The translations under genes were made by a program, and so were the position numbers. Below are positions 8,400 through 16,083 of a DNA stretch of 32,000 nt, in pieces. The stretch is from Trichlorobacter lovleyi SZ (GTDB lineage Bacteria; Desulfobacterota; Desulfuromonadia; Geobacterales; Pseudopelobacteraceae), in contig NC_010814.1 of assembly GCF_000020385.1 (NCBI RefSeq), positions 30,001 through 62,000 of the forward strand, in the 5' to 3' direction. Position 1 is the first letter of the stretch. Every line of letters begins with the position of its first letter. Under the pieces are notes generated by a model. It made no database searches. It was not told the DNA's origin and saw only the letters and a program-made list of their open reading frames with translations.

Positions 8400-9016
8400 T
8401 TGATTTTTCGCTCTATCTGATCACTGACCGCAACCAGACCGGGGGCAGGCCGCTGCTGGAGGTGGTGGAGGCGGCCCTCTCCGGTGGTGTCCGGGCAGTA
8501 CAGTTACGGGAAAAGGATCTGACCCCGGCGGAGCTGTATGACCTGGCCTGGGAGATGCGGGCCCTGACCAGCCGGTATGATGCCCGCTTGCTGATCAATG
8601 AGCGGATTGATATTGCCCTGGCAGTTGAGGCGGATGGCGTTCACCTGGGAGTCAACTCCCTGCCGGTTACGGCAGCCAGGCGGATCGCACCGGATCTGCT
8701 GATCGGTTATTCCAGCCATAGCGTGGGCGAGGCTGTAGCAGCCCTGGCCAAGGGGGCGGACTTTGTCACCTTTGGGCCGGTCTTCCCCACCCCCTCCAAG
8801 GCGGCCTATGGCGAGCCGGTGGGGCTGGGAGAGTTGGAGCGGGCTTGCCGGCAGGCCGTTGGTGATCTGGTCTTTGGCCTGGGCGGCATCAAACGCGATA
8901 ATCTTGCGCAGGTGACTGCTGCCGGTTGCTACCGGGTGGCCCTGATCTCGGATATCCTGGCTGCACCTGATCCGGCGGAGGCTGCAGGAGCCTTCCGGCG
9001 GGGGCTTGGCTGCTAG
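8396..9016 (+). CDS. thiE: Thiamine-phosphate synthase ThiE
   Basis: GTG start overlaps the thiG stop. Motifs: [42 protein letters not shown]. Confidence 0.9.
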   Translation: MIDFSLYLITDRNQTGGRPLLEVVEAALSGGVRAVQLREKDLTPAELYDLAWEMRALTSRYDARLLINERIDIALAVEADGVHLGVNSLPVTAARRIAPDLLIGYSSHSVGEAVAALAKGADFVTFGPVFPTPSKAAYGEPVGLGELERACRQAVGDLVFGLGGIKRDNLAQVTAAGCYRVALISDILAAPDPAEAAGAFRRGLGC

Positions 9017-9032
9017 TAACACCAATCGTTTT

Positions 9033-9120
9033 ACCGCAGAGGACGCGGAGTAACGCAGAGGGACTACACAAGTATATTTCGTGTGCTTTCCTCGGTTTTT
9101 ACCTCTGTGCCCTCTGCGGT
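9033..9120. repeat. REP-like intergenic palindromic element
   Basis: ACCGCAGAGG (9033-9042) is the exact reverse complement of CCTCTGCGGT (9111-9120). Nested CGCAGAGGG (9054-9062) pairs with CCCTCTGCG (9110-9118). The element contains CGCAGAG-type units. Confidence 0.5.
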
Positions 9121-9135
9121 GATTAAAGGTTTTGC

Positions 9136-10092
9136 ATGTCTGCGTTTTCATCAGAACATATCCATCCTGACCTGCGGATCAACTCCTATGGCCACTACCT
9201 GCGCCGCAGGTTCGGTTGCCGGGTCAGCAAGGTCAATGTGGATGCCGGCTTTACCTGCCCCAATCGTGACGGCAGCAAAGGTACCGGCGGCTGCATCTAC
9301 TGCAATAACGTCTCCTTTTCTCCCCGCGATACCCTGGCCGAGATCCCGCTTGAAGAGCAGGTTACAACCGGGATGGCCTATCATCACAGGCGTCTGGAGT
9401 CAGATAAATTCATTGTCTATTTCCAGAAATACACCAATACCTATGCCTCGGTCGGCCATCTTGCAGAGCTCTACCAGCGTGCACTGGCGCTGCCCGATGT
9501 GATCGGGATTTCGGTCGGCACCCGGCCTGATTGCCTGACTGATGAGGCACTGGAGCTGCTGACCACACTTGCCAGGGATCATTACGTCTGTCTGGAGCTG
9601 GGGTTACAGTCAGCCGATGACGCTATTCTGGAGCAGATCAACCGCGGGCATTCCCTGGATGATTTTATCACGGCGGTTAAACGTGCCTCCGGTCGCGGCC
9701 TTGATATCTGCGCCCATCTGATCTACGGCTTTCCCGGAGAGCAGCCGGAGGAGTTTGTCAAATCTGCAGACCTGCTTGATTCGCTATCGTCAATCACCTC
9801 GGTCAAACTGCACCAGTTGCATGCCGTGGAAGGGACCGAACTGGCTGCCATGTATCGCCGGGGCGCCTTTGATCCGATCAGCCTTGAGCAGTATGTCAAC
9901 ACTGCAGCTGATTTTCTGGAGCGGTTACCGTCCCGGATCAGCATCCAGCGCCTGTACGGCTCATCACCGCTTGAAATCAGGGTTGCCCCGCAATGGGGTT
10001 TGAAGAATAACCAGATGTGGTATGCTGTGTTAAACGAGTTGAAGCGCCGGGGCAGTTGGCAGGGATGCAAGAAACTCGCCGCGGTTAGTTGA
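9136..10092 (+). CDS. TIGR01212-family radical SAM protein (YhcC-like, function unknown)
   Basis: N-terminal FTCPNRDGSKGTGGCIYCNN cluster and overall length are typical of this family as I recall it. Confidence 0.82.
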   Translation: MSAFSSEHIHPDLRINSYGHYLRRRFGCRVSKVNVDAGFTCPNRDGSKGTGGCIYCNNVSFSPRDTLAEIPLEEQVTTGMAYHHRRLESDKFIVYFQKYTNTYASVGHLAELYQRALALPDVIGISVGTRPDCLTDEALELLTTLARDHYVCLELGLQSADDAILEQINRGHSLDDFITAVKRASGRGLDICAHLIYGFPGEQPEEFVKSADLLDSLSSITSVKLHQLHAVEGTELAAMYRRGAFDPISLEQYVNTAADFLERLPSRISIQRLYGSSPLEIRVAPQWGLKNNQMWYAVLNELKRRGSWQGCKKLAAVS

Positions 10093-10105
10093 TACGACCG
10101 GTGTT

Positions 10106-10136
10106 AAAGGACAGAATGATGATTCTGTCCTTTTTT
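10106..10136 (+). terminator. Strong intrinsic terminator
   Basis: AAAGGACAGAAT-gatg-ATTCTGTCCTTT forms a perfect 12-bp stem followed by a T-run. Confidence 0.85.
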
Positions 10137-10277
10137 GTTTGTGTGGCAATTGCCGGGCCCATTTGTTATAAAGTTTAGGCATTTACCGATGTTATTCACA
10201 AATGAAGCAGGCAGTAACCATTTTGTACTCTCACCGCAACGCTGGATTGACGTTCCGCCATTGATTGGAGACAAAAA

Positions 10278-11126
10278 ATGACCGCACAACAGCTCGTCAA
10301 GCTAGCCGTTTTTGAAGGCAAGCAGATTCGGAAAACCATCCATAACGATGAATGGTGGTTTGCAATTATTGATGTTGTTGAAGTTCTAACTGAAAGCTCA
10401 CTTCCCAAAAGATACTGGAGCGACCTTAAAAAAAAGCTGACATCTGAAGGAATTAATGAAGCGTACGATAAAATCGTACGGTTGAAAATGCCTGCAGCCG
10501 ATGGAAAGAAACGCGATACCGACTGCGCCAATACCGAAGGAATGTTCCGTATCATCCAATCCATCCCCTCCCCCAAGGCAGAGCCGTTCAAGCGCTGGCT
10601 GGCGCAGGTTGGCTATGAGCGGATTCAGGAGATTGAAAACCCGGAGCTGGCACAACAGCGGATGAAGGAGCTGTACGAGCAAAAAGGCTACCCCAAGGAC
10701 TGGATCGACAAGCGGTTGCGGGGGATCGCCATCCGGCAGAACCTGACCGATGAATGGCAGGAACGGGGCATCAGCTCAGAGCGTGATTTCAGCATCCTGA
10801 CCGCCGAGATAGCCAAGGCAACCTTTGGCATGACACCATCTCAACACAAGAATTTTAAAGGACTTTCCCGCCCCCAGGACAATCTGCGGGATCATATGAC
10901 CGATCTGGAGCTGATCTTTACTATGCTTGGAGAAAAGGTAACCACTGAGATATCGCAGACCGAAAAACCTGGTACCTTTGAAGAGAACAAAAAGGTGGCG
11001 AAACGGGGCGGCAGGGTGGCTGGTACGGCACGGCTGGAAACAGAGAAAGAACTTGGTAGAAGCGTGGTAAGCAAGCAGAATTTTCTTCCCAAAGGGCTTG
11101 CTGAGGATACGGAGAAGAACGCATAA
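10278..11126 (+). CDS. Bro-N domain / DinD-like (DNA-damage-inducible protein D family) protein
   Basis: The N-terminus FEGKQIRKTIHNDEWWFAIIDVVEVLT is Bro-N-like. The C-terminal half resembles E. coli DinD from memory (DHM.D.EL....L.E..T). The 5' half is visibly more AT-rich than its surroundings. Confidence 0.78.
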   Translation: MTAQQLVKLAVFEGKQIRKTIHNDEWWFAIIDVVEVLTESSLPKRYWSDLKKKLTSEGINEAYDKIVRLKMPAADGKKRDTDCANTEGMFRIIQSIPSPKAEPFKRWLAQVGYERIQEIENPELAQQRMKELYEQKGYPKDWIDKRLRGIAIRQNLTDEWQERGISSERDFSILTAEIAKATFGMTPSQHKNFKGLSRPQDNLRDHMTDLELIFTMLGEKVTTEISQTEKPGTFEENKKVAKRGGRVAGTARLETEKELGRSVVSKQNFLPKGLAEDTEKNA

Positions 11127-11185
11127 AGATCATTTCGCACGTGAGCGGTTATAGCCGATAGCGTTGCATTACAGGAGGAACGACC

Positions 11186-12289
11186 ATGTCCAAAGTCTTT
11201 TTTGCTGATATGCGGGCCAGCCACAAAGAGAATCTGTTTGATAAGATAGCCAGGCTACTGACCATGTGCGGTCTGGCACAACGGGTTAATGAAGGGGATC
11301 TGACCGCGGTCAAGATCCACTTTGGTGAAAAGGGTAACAGCGCCTTTATCAGGCCGATCTTTGCCCGGCGGGTGGTGGATGAGCTGAAAAAGCTGGGGGC
11401 CAAGCCGTTTCTGACCGATTCTTCCACCCTCTACCCCGGCGAGCGCAAGGAGGCGGTCTCTGCACTGGCCTGCGGCATTGAGAACGGTTTTGCCTATGCC
11501 GTGGTCAATGCGCCGCTGATCATCTCGGACGGGCTGCGGGGGGTGACCGAGACCACGGTGCCGGTTGCTGGCGAGCTGCTTAAAGAGGTCTACATTGGCA
11601 CTGAGATTGTGGAGGCTGATGCCCTGGTTGCCCTCTCCCACTTCAAGTGCCATGAGTTGACCGGTTTTGGCGGCGCGATCAAGAACCTGGGCATGGGCTG
11701 TGCCAGCCGCAAAGGCAAGCTGGTGCAGCATTCCACCGTGGCACCGGTGGTGACGGCCAGGCACTGTACCGCGTGCGGGCTCTGCATCAAGGCCTGCGCC
11801 CATGATGCGATCCGGATTGTGGATGGCGTGGCAGTGATCGATGCAATCAAGTGTGCCGGCTGTTCCCGCTGTATTACGGTCTGCCCCACCAAGGCGGTGG
11901 CGATCCAGTGGAATGAGGCTGCTGATCTGGTGATGAAGAAGATGGCTGAGTATGCCAGCGGCGCTGTTGCCAACAAGCAGGGCAAGACGGTCTACCTCAA
12001 TTTTATCACCCAGGTCTCTCCGGCCTGCGACTGCTACGGCCACTGTGATGCGCCGATTGTGAATGACATCGGTATCTGTGCCTCAACCGATCCGGTGGCT
12101 CTGGATCAGGCCTGCGCTGATCTGGTCAACAACGCCCGCGGCAATCAGGATTCCGCCTTGAAGTCCGGCCATGAGCCGGGGGGCGACAAGTTCCGGGGCT
12201 GCTGGCCGGAGATCCCCTGGCAGGTGCAGCTTGAACATGCGGAAAAGGTCGGGCTGGGCAGCAGAAGCTATGAGCTGGTCAAGCTGTAA
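11186..12289 (+). CDS. DUF362 domain protein with two 4Fe-4S ferredoxin motifs
   Basis: AGGAGG RBS. The N-terminus is DUF362-like (VKIHFGE.GN..FIRP). Two CxxCxxCxxxC motifs are present: CTACGLCIKAC and CAGCSRCITVCP. Confidence 0.83.
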   Translation: MSKVFFADMRASHKENLFDKIARLLTMCGLAQRVNEGDLTAVKIHFGEKGNSAFIRPIFARRVVDELKKLGAKPFLTDSSTLYPGERKEAVSALACGIENGFAYAVVNAPLIISDGLRGVTETTVPVAGELLKEVYIGTEIVEADALVALSHFKCHELTGFGGAIKNLGMGCASRKGKLVQHSTVAPVVTARHCTACGLCIKACAHDAIRIVDGVAVIDAIKCAGCSRCITVCPTKAVAIQWNEAADLVMKKMAEYASGAVANKQGKTVYLNFITQVSPACDCYGHCDAPIVNDIGICASTDPVALDQACADLVNNARGNQDSALKSGHEPGGDKFRGCWPEIPWQVQLEHAEKVGLGSRSYELVKL

Positions 12290-12322
12290 CAGGTTTTTGA
12301 AAAACTATTCCGGAGACCGATC

Positions 12323-12364
12323 ACGGCTGGTGCGCGAATAGCTGCATCAGCCGTTTGTTTTTTC
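12323..12364 (+). terminator. Putative intrinsic terminator after the DUF362 gene
   Basis: ACGGCTG (12323-12329) pairs with CAGCCGT (12347-12353), followed by TTGTTTTTT. The loop is long. Confidence 0.5.
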
Positions 12365-12390
12365 AAGAACAGCGTGCTACTCTGGATCGC

Positions 12391-12693
12391 ATGACAGCCT
12401 GGAATCATCATCGCATACGTCGCTTCTGCTGTTGTCTGCTGCTCCTCTCCTGCTTGCTGCAGCTGGTTGCCGCCCCTGCCTGCCTGGCGTCTGTTGACAG
12501 CCCTTCCTGCCACACGCTGCTTGAGTGTGATACCATGGATGAAAACGGTGGACTTGTTGATCTTGATGAAGAAGACAGCTTCATTCTGCTGCCGCCCCTG
12601 CAGCAGATATGGGTGGCCCACGCCGTAACGCCGCTGCAGGTGCCTTCCCCCCCTTCTCCTGTCTACAGGACCCTCTATACACCGCCGGAATAA
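12391..12693 (+). CDS. Possible small exported Cys/Pro-rich protein (hypothetical)
   Basis: Signal-like RRFCCCLLLLSCLLQLVAAPACLA is followed by an acidic then Pro-rich tail. There is no convincing RBS, so the call is weak. Confidence 0.3.
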   Translation: MTAWNHHRIRRFCCCLLLLSCLLQLVAAPACLASVDSPSCHTLLECDTMDENGGLVDLDEEDSFILLPPLQQIWVAHAVTPLQVPSPPSPVYRTLYTPPE

Positions 12694-12764
12694 CAGCTCA
12701 CATCGGCCGTACGCTGTCGCTGAGTTTCTGTTCTGATCTGCTGTGGTATCCGGAGGTGATTGCC

Positions 12765-12956
12765 ATGCATGTTGAGCATTGTTTGAATCCTGAGTGTAAG
12801 CGAAAGTTTGAAGTGATTGAGTTTGGCCATGACCGTCCGGCGCAGCCTGAGCCGCGTCAGCTGGTCTGTCCGTACTGCGGCCATACTGTCTACCGCAAAA
12901 CCAGAGGCGCCTTTATCGTACATCAACTCGATAGAATGATGTTGCGGAACGACTAG
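12765..12956 (+). CDS. Small zinc-ribbon protein (hypothetical)
   Basis: GGAGGTG lies 6 nt before the ATG. The 63-aa product has a CxxC (CLNPEC) ... CxxC (CPYC) pair. Confidence 0.45.
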   Translation: MHVEHCLNPECKRKFEVIEFGHDRPAQPEPRQLVCPYCGHTVYRKTRGAFIVHQLDRMMLRND

Positions 12957-12981
12957 AGGTGTTTCGTGCTTCGAAGCCGCC

Positions 12982-15036
12982 CTAGAAACGGTAACTGGCT
13001 GACAGGGTAAAATTCCGCCCGTTTTCAGGGATACGTGCTGTCGGGCTGAGCGGGTCGCGCTGGTAGTAGAGCGGCATGACATAGCGGGTGTCAAAGAGAT
13101 TGTTAAGTTTGGCTGTCAAGGTAAAACCGTTGTAGCGACACCCTGCCTGCAGGTCAGTAACGGCGTAGCCGGGAATTGAGGTCTCGTTCAGGGTCGCATC
13201 AAAACGGTTTTGCCGGGCCACCAGGGTCTGGTTGATAGAGGCAAAGAAACGGCGGTTGTCGTAGGCCAGTCCCAGCCGGCCGCGTAAAGGCGGCACCTCC
13301 GCCAGCGGCCTGTTACTGCTCCGGTTTTCGCCTTCACTGTAGGAAAGCATGGCAGAAAATTTCAGGTCAGCCGGTAGCTGCACGATACCTTCGCATTCCA
13401 CGCCCCAGATGACGGCATTCAGGTTGGTGGTGCTGCGTGCCTGCGGCAGGCTGCTGCTGAGACGTTTTACCGGTAAAATAAAGTTGGTTGCCTCGCCATA
13501 GAAAAAGGTTGCTTCAACCTGCTGCCCGCCCCGTGCCCAGCTGACACCGGTATCGATCTGGTTAACCACGGTCTGCTGCAAAAACGGATTGCTGACGACA
13601 TTGCTGCCCTGTCTGGTCTGCCCCATATACAGTTCGCTGGCATCGGGGATTCTGACAGCCCGCCCACCCTTGAGAAACAGCTCCAGATCCGGTCTGATCT
13701 TCCAGAATAGCTGGGCATTGGCGCTCCAGTCGGCAAAATCCCGTCCAGCCGGAATCCCCTGTCCGGGATAGTAGGGCTGGTAGAGTGTCCGGATGCGGTC
13801 CGGGGTCAGTCCATTGGCATCAACCCGGCTGAAATCACCCCGGGCAGAAATGAGTGCCCGCATCGTGTCGCTGAGCGGGGTTTCATAGATCCAGAACATA
13901 CCCAGGTTGCGGGTCATCACATCCGGCAGCAGTGGCTGGTTGTCGTAGTACTGCCAGGCTGCAGCCCCCTGCCTCAAGAGCGCCGCATAGCTGCCGTTCC
14001 AGTCTCGCTGGTAAACGTCAAGCCCCTTTTTGAGTATGCCCGGCCCGAGGGCAAGCTGTGATGTCAGTCTGCCACCGGTGGAGGTCACCTCAAAACGATT
14101 GGACGTGGCATAGCCCCGGCTCAAGAAGGCACGATAAGGCAGCGCAGTATTCGTGGCATCCGAGGTCTCCCGCAGCGAATCATCCAGCAGGGTCCGGGCC
14201 CGGCTCCACCAGCCCTGCAGACTGATCTCCCTGACCAGGGGCGAGAGGTTGCGCAGGGTAAGTCGTCCATTCAGGCGGTGTACCTGCTCGTCTGCTATAT
14301 CGATGTTCTGGGTGGGAAATTTGATCTCACTGCCCTGCATAAAGGAGTAGGATAGTTCAAGGCGATTATTGCTGGTGGGACTGATCCCGCCTTTAAGCCA
14401 AAAGCTATCCAGGCGGTACATGGGCAGATCTTCAGTACCAATACGATAGTTGTTGTTGGGGTTGGGGTACGGGGTGCGGACCAGCGGGACGCCGCCGCCA
14501 GCCTCCGGCACACCGGAGCTCCGGCCCCGGTAGCCGGCACTGAAGTCTGCCTGCTGGTTGCCGACCGCTAAAAAAGCACTGCCGTTTAAGGCATCATAGG
14601 AACCATAGGAAAGTGAACCCCCGGCTGAAAAACGTCTGGGGTTTTCCGGGGAAAGTACTTCTATGCTGCCACCCGCTCCGCCGGGGTAGGCAAGGTTATA
14701 GGGACCTTTGGTAATGGTAATCCTGCCGACTTCACTATTGTTGACGATAAAAGGAGGTGCGTCGCTTCTAAAGGGGGTGGCACCAAAATAGGGTGCTCCG
14801 TCAAAGGTGATCATCAGGTTTTCGCGCTGGTAGCCGCGAATGACAATGTTGGAAAGGGCACCCTTGTCGAATGAATTGATCCCGGATCGGCGGAAAACTT
14901 CGCGAGGGTCTGAAGGCAGGGGAAGCAACTCGCCGGGCGGTTCCGCTGCCGGAGAAACAGCGGGTAACAGGGTCAGCAGGCTTGCAACCAGCCAGTTGAG
15001 CAGCTTTGCTTTCCGTCTGCGGGGCGGGCGCTGCAT
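12982..15036 (-). CDS. TonB-dependent outer-membrane receptor
   Basis: Start taken at MQRPPRRRKAKLL (AAGGAGG RBS) with a signal peptide. Plug-like motifs are present (IRGYQ...ITFDGAP, ITITKGP), followed by a long beta-barrel region ending in the terminal ...SASYRF aromatic residue. Confidence 0.85.
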   Translation of the reverse strand: MQRPPRRRKAKLLNWLVASLLTLLPAVSPAAEPPGELLPLPSDPREVFRRSGINSFDKGALSNIVIRGYQRENLMITFDGAPYFGATPFRSDAPPFIVNNSEVGRITITKGPYNLAYPGGAGGSIEVLSPENPRRFSAGGSLSYGSYDALNGSAFLAVGNQQADFSAGYRGRSSGVPEAGGGVPLVRTPYPNPNNNYRIGTEDLPMYRLDSFWLKGGISPTSNNRLELSYSFMQGSEIKFPTQNIDIADEQVHRLNGRLTLRNLSPLVREISLQGWWSRARTLLDDSLRETSDATNTALPYRAFLSRGYATSNRFEVTSTGGRLTSQLALGPGILKKGLDVYQRDWNGSYAALLRQGAAAWQYYDNQPLLPDVMTRNLGMFWIYETPLSDTMRALISARGDFSRVDANGLTPDRIRTLYQPYYPGQGIPAGRDFADWSANAQLFWKIRPDLELFLKGGRAVRIPDASELYMGQTRQGSNVVSNPFLQQTVVNQIDTGVSWARGGQQVEATFFYGEATNFILPVKRLSSSLPQARSTTNLNAVIWGVECEGIVQLPADLKFSAMLSYSEGENRSSNRPLAEVPPLRGRLGLAYDNRRFFASINQTLVARQNRFDATLNETSIPGYAVTDLQAGCRYNGFTLTAKLNNLFDTRYVMPLYYQRDPLSPTARIPENGRNFTLSASYRF

Positions 15037-15171
15037 ACTGCCTCCTTTTACCTGCATATCGTTAACAGCTAAACTATAACGCAGACGGGCCCGTTTGCAA
15101 GCCGGGTTGTCCGGAATAGTGCTGCTGTAATCCAGCTTGATTAATTCTGGAAACAGGGGGGGATCAATGGT

Positions 15172-16083
15172 ATGTTGAGGCACTTTTCAAGGAGGTGCCA
15201 AGCGACGACTATGATCTTGCCCCGTATCTCTTTTCTGATTGTTACCTGCCTGCTCTGCGCGTTACTTACCCTGGAAAACGGCCCCTGCTTTGCTGCGGAG
15301 CCTGCGAAAAATGAATATGTGCTGGGGGTTTTCCCTTTCCTGCCGACCGCCAATCTGGAAGGGATCTTTGCCCCGATTGCAGCCGAGCTGTCCAGGGCGC
15401 TGGGGAAGCCGGTCCGGTTACGGCTGACCAGTAGCTACGGCAGCTTTATCGCAGCCCTGAAAGACCAGTCCTTTGATATTATCCATGTTCACCCCTTTGA
15501 CTATGTGCAGTTTGGCCGTCCCAAAGGCTATCATCCCCTGGTGGCCAGGTCAGAAGACCTCTTTGCGCAGTTTTCGGTTAAAATCAATGCCCCCATTACA
15601 AAACTGGCTGATCTGAAGGGAAAACGTCTGGGAACACCGCCTGCCACCGGTGCCGTAACCTATCTCGCGCTGGATGCAGTCCACAAGGCAGGCCTCACCC
15701 CCGGCAAGAACCTGACGGTGCAGCATTTCCCCAACCATCTGGCCTGCCTGCAGCAGCTGCAGATCGGCACGGTTGACTCCTGCGCCACCAGCGCTTCAAC
15801 CCTCAAGACCTTTGAGTCCCAGTTCGGATTACCGCTCAAGCGGATCGGTCACTCCCTCTCTATTCCCCATACCCTGTTTGCCGCCCATACCCGAATTCCA
15901 GCCGCTGACCGGGAAATTATCAAAAAGACGCTGCTTTCCAGCTCCCTTGCCCAGGTTGATCCCCAACTGCGGCAACTGTTCATTGAATCCGGCGATGCCG
16001 CTACCGGTAGTTATTTCAAAGCGGTCGGTGACCGGGATTATGATTCGACCCGGCGGATACTGAGGCAGCTGGGCAGCCGGTGA
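15172..16083 (+). CDS. PhnD-like (phosphate/phosphonate ABC-type) periplasmic substrate-binding protein, orphan
   Basis: Signal peptide ...LLCALLTLENGPCFAAEP. PhnD-family pattern: YVLGVFP....N, the SSY..FI.AL....FDI segment, LKGKRLG. An alternative ATG lies at 15211. The stop overlaps the next start (GTGATG). Confidence 0.78.
   Translation: MLRHFSRRCQATTMILPRISFLIVTCLLCALLTLENGPCFAAEPAKNEYVLGVFPFLPTANLEGIFAPIAAELSRALGKPVRLRLTSSYGSFIAALKDQSFDIIHVHPFDYVQFGRPKGYHPLVARSEDLFAQFSVKINAPITKLADLKGKRLGTPPATGAVTYLALDAVHKAGLTPGKNLTVQHFPNHLACLQQLQIGTVDSCATSASTLKTFESQFGLPLKRIGHSLSIPHTLFAAHTRIPAADREIIKKTLLSSSLAQVDPQLRQLFIESGDAATGSYFKAVGDRDYDSTRRILRQLGSR

Noticed and set aside
8504-9151. 215-aa minus-strand ORF across thiE and the REP-like element
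   Set aside because: It is antisense to thiE. Its N-terminus is just the translated palindromic repeat (HRRGHRGKNRGK...SASSAVK).
9136-10092. Radical-SAM gene as ThiH completing the thi operon
   Set aside because: The N-terminal CPNRDG...GGCxYC cluster and the size fit the TIGR01212/YhcC family, not ThiH. It is also separated from thiE by the repeat element.
10278-11126. Prophage or integrative element around the Bro-N gene
   Set aside because: No integrase, repressor, structural gene, tRNA or flanking direct repeats were seen. Only a single gene differs in composition.
11255-12043. Long antisense or alternate-frame ORFs (also 314-889, 6089-6688, 16038-16700, 20862-21491, 21605-22141, 28650-29297, 17473-18126)
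   Set aside because: They are typical stop-poor shadow frames of high-GC genes. Their translations are Arg/Pro/Gly/His-rich and low-complexity, with no RBS or motifs, and each is fully embedded in a confidently assigned gene.
15037-15171. Cobalamin or c-di-GMP (GEMM) riboswitch in the TonB-receptor leader
   Set aside because: No B12-box-like core and no GGGACGCAAAGCC-type GEMM motif were seen on either strand. Only short hairpins and the palindrome already reported are present.
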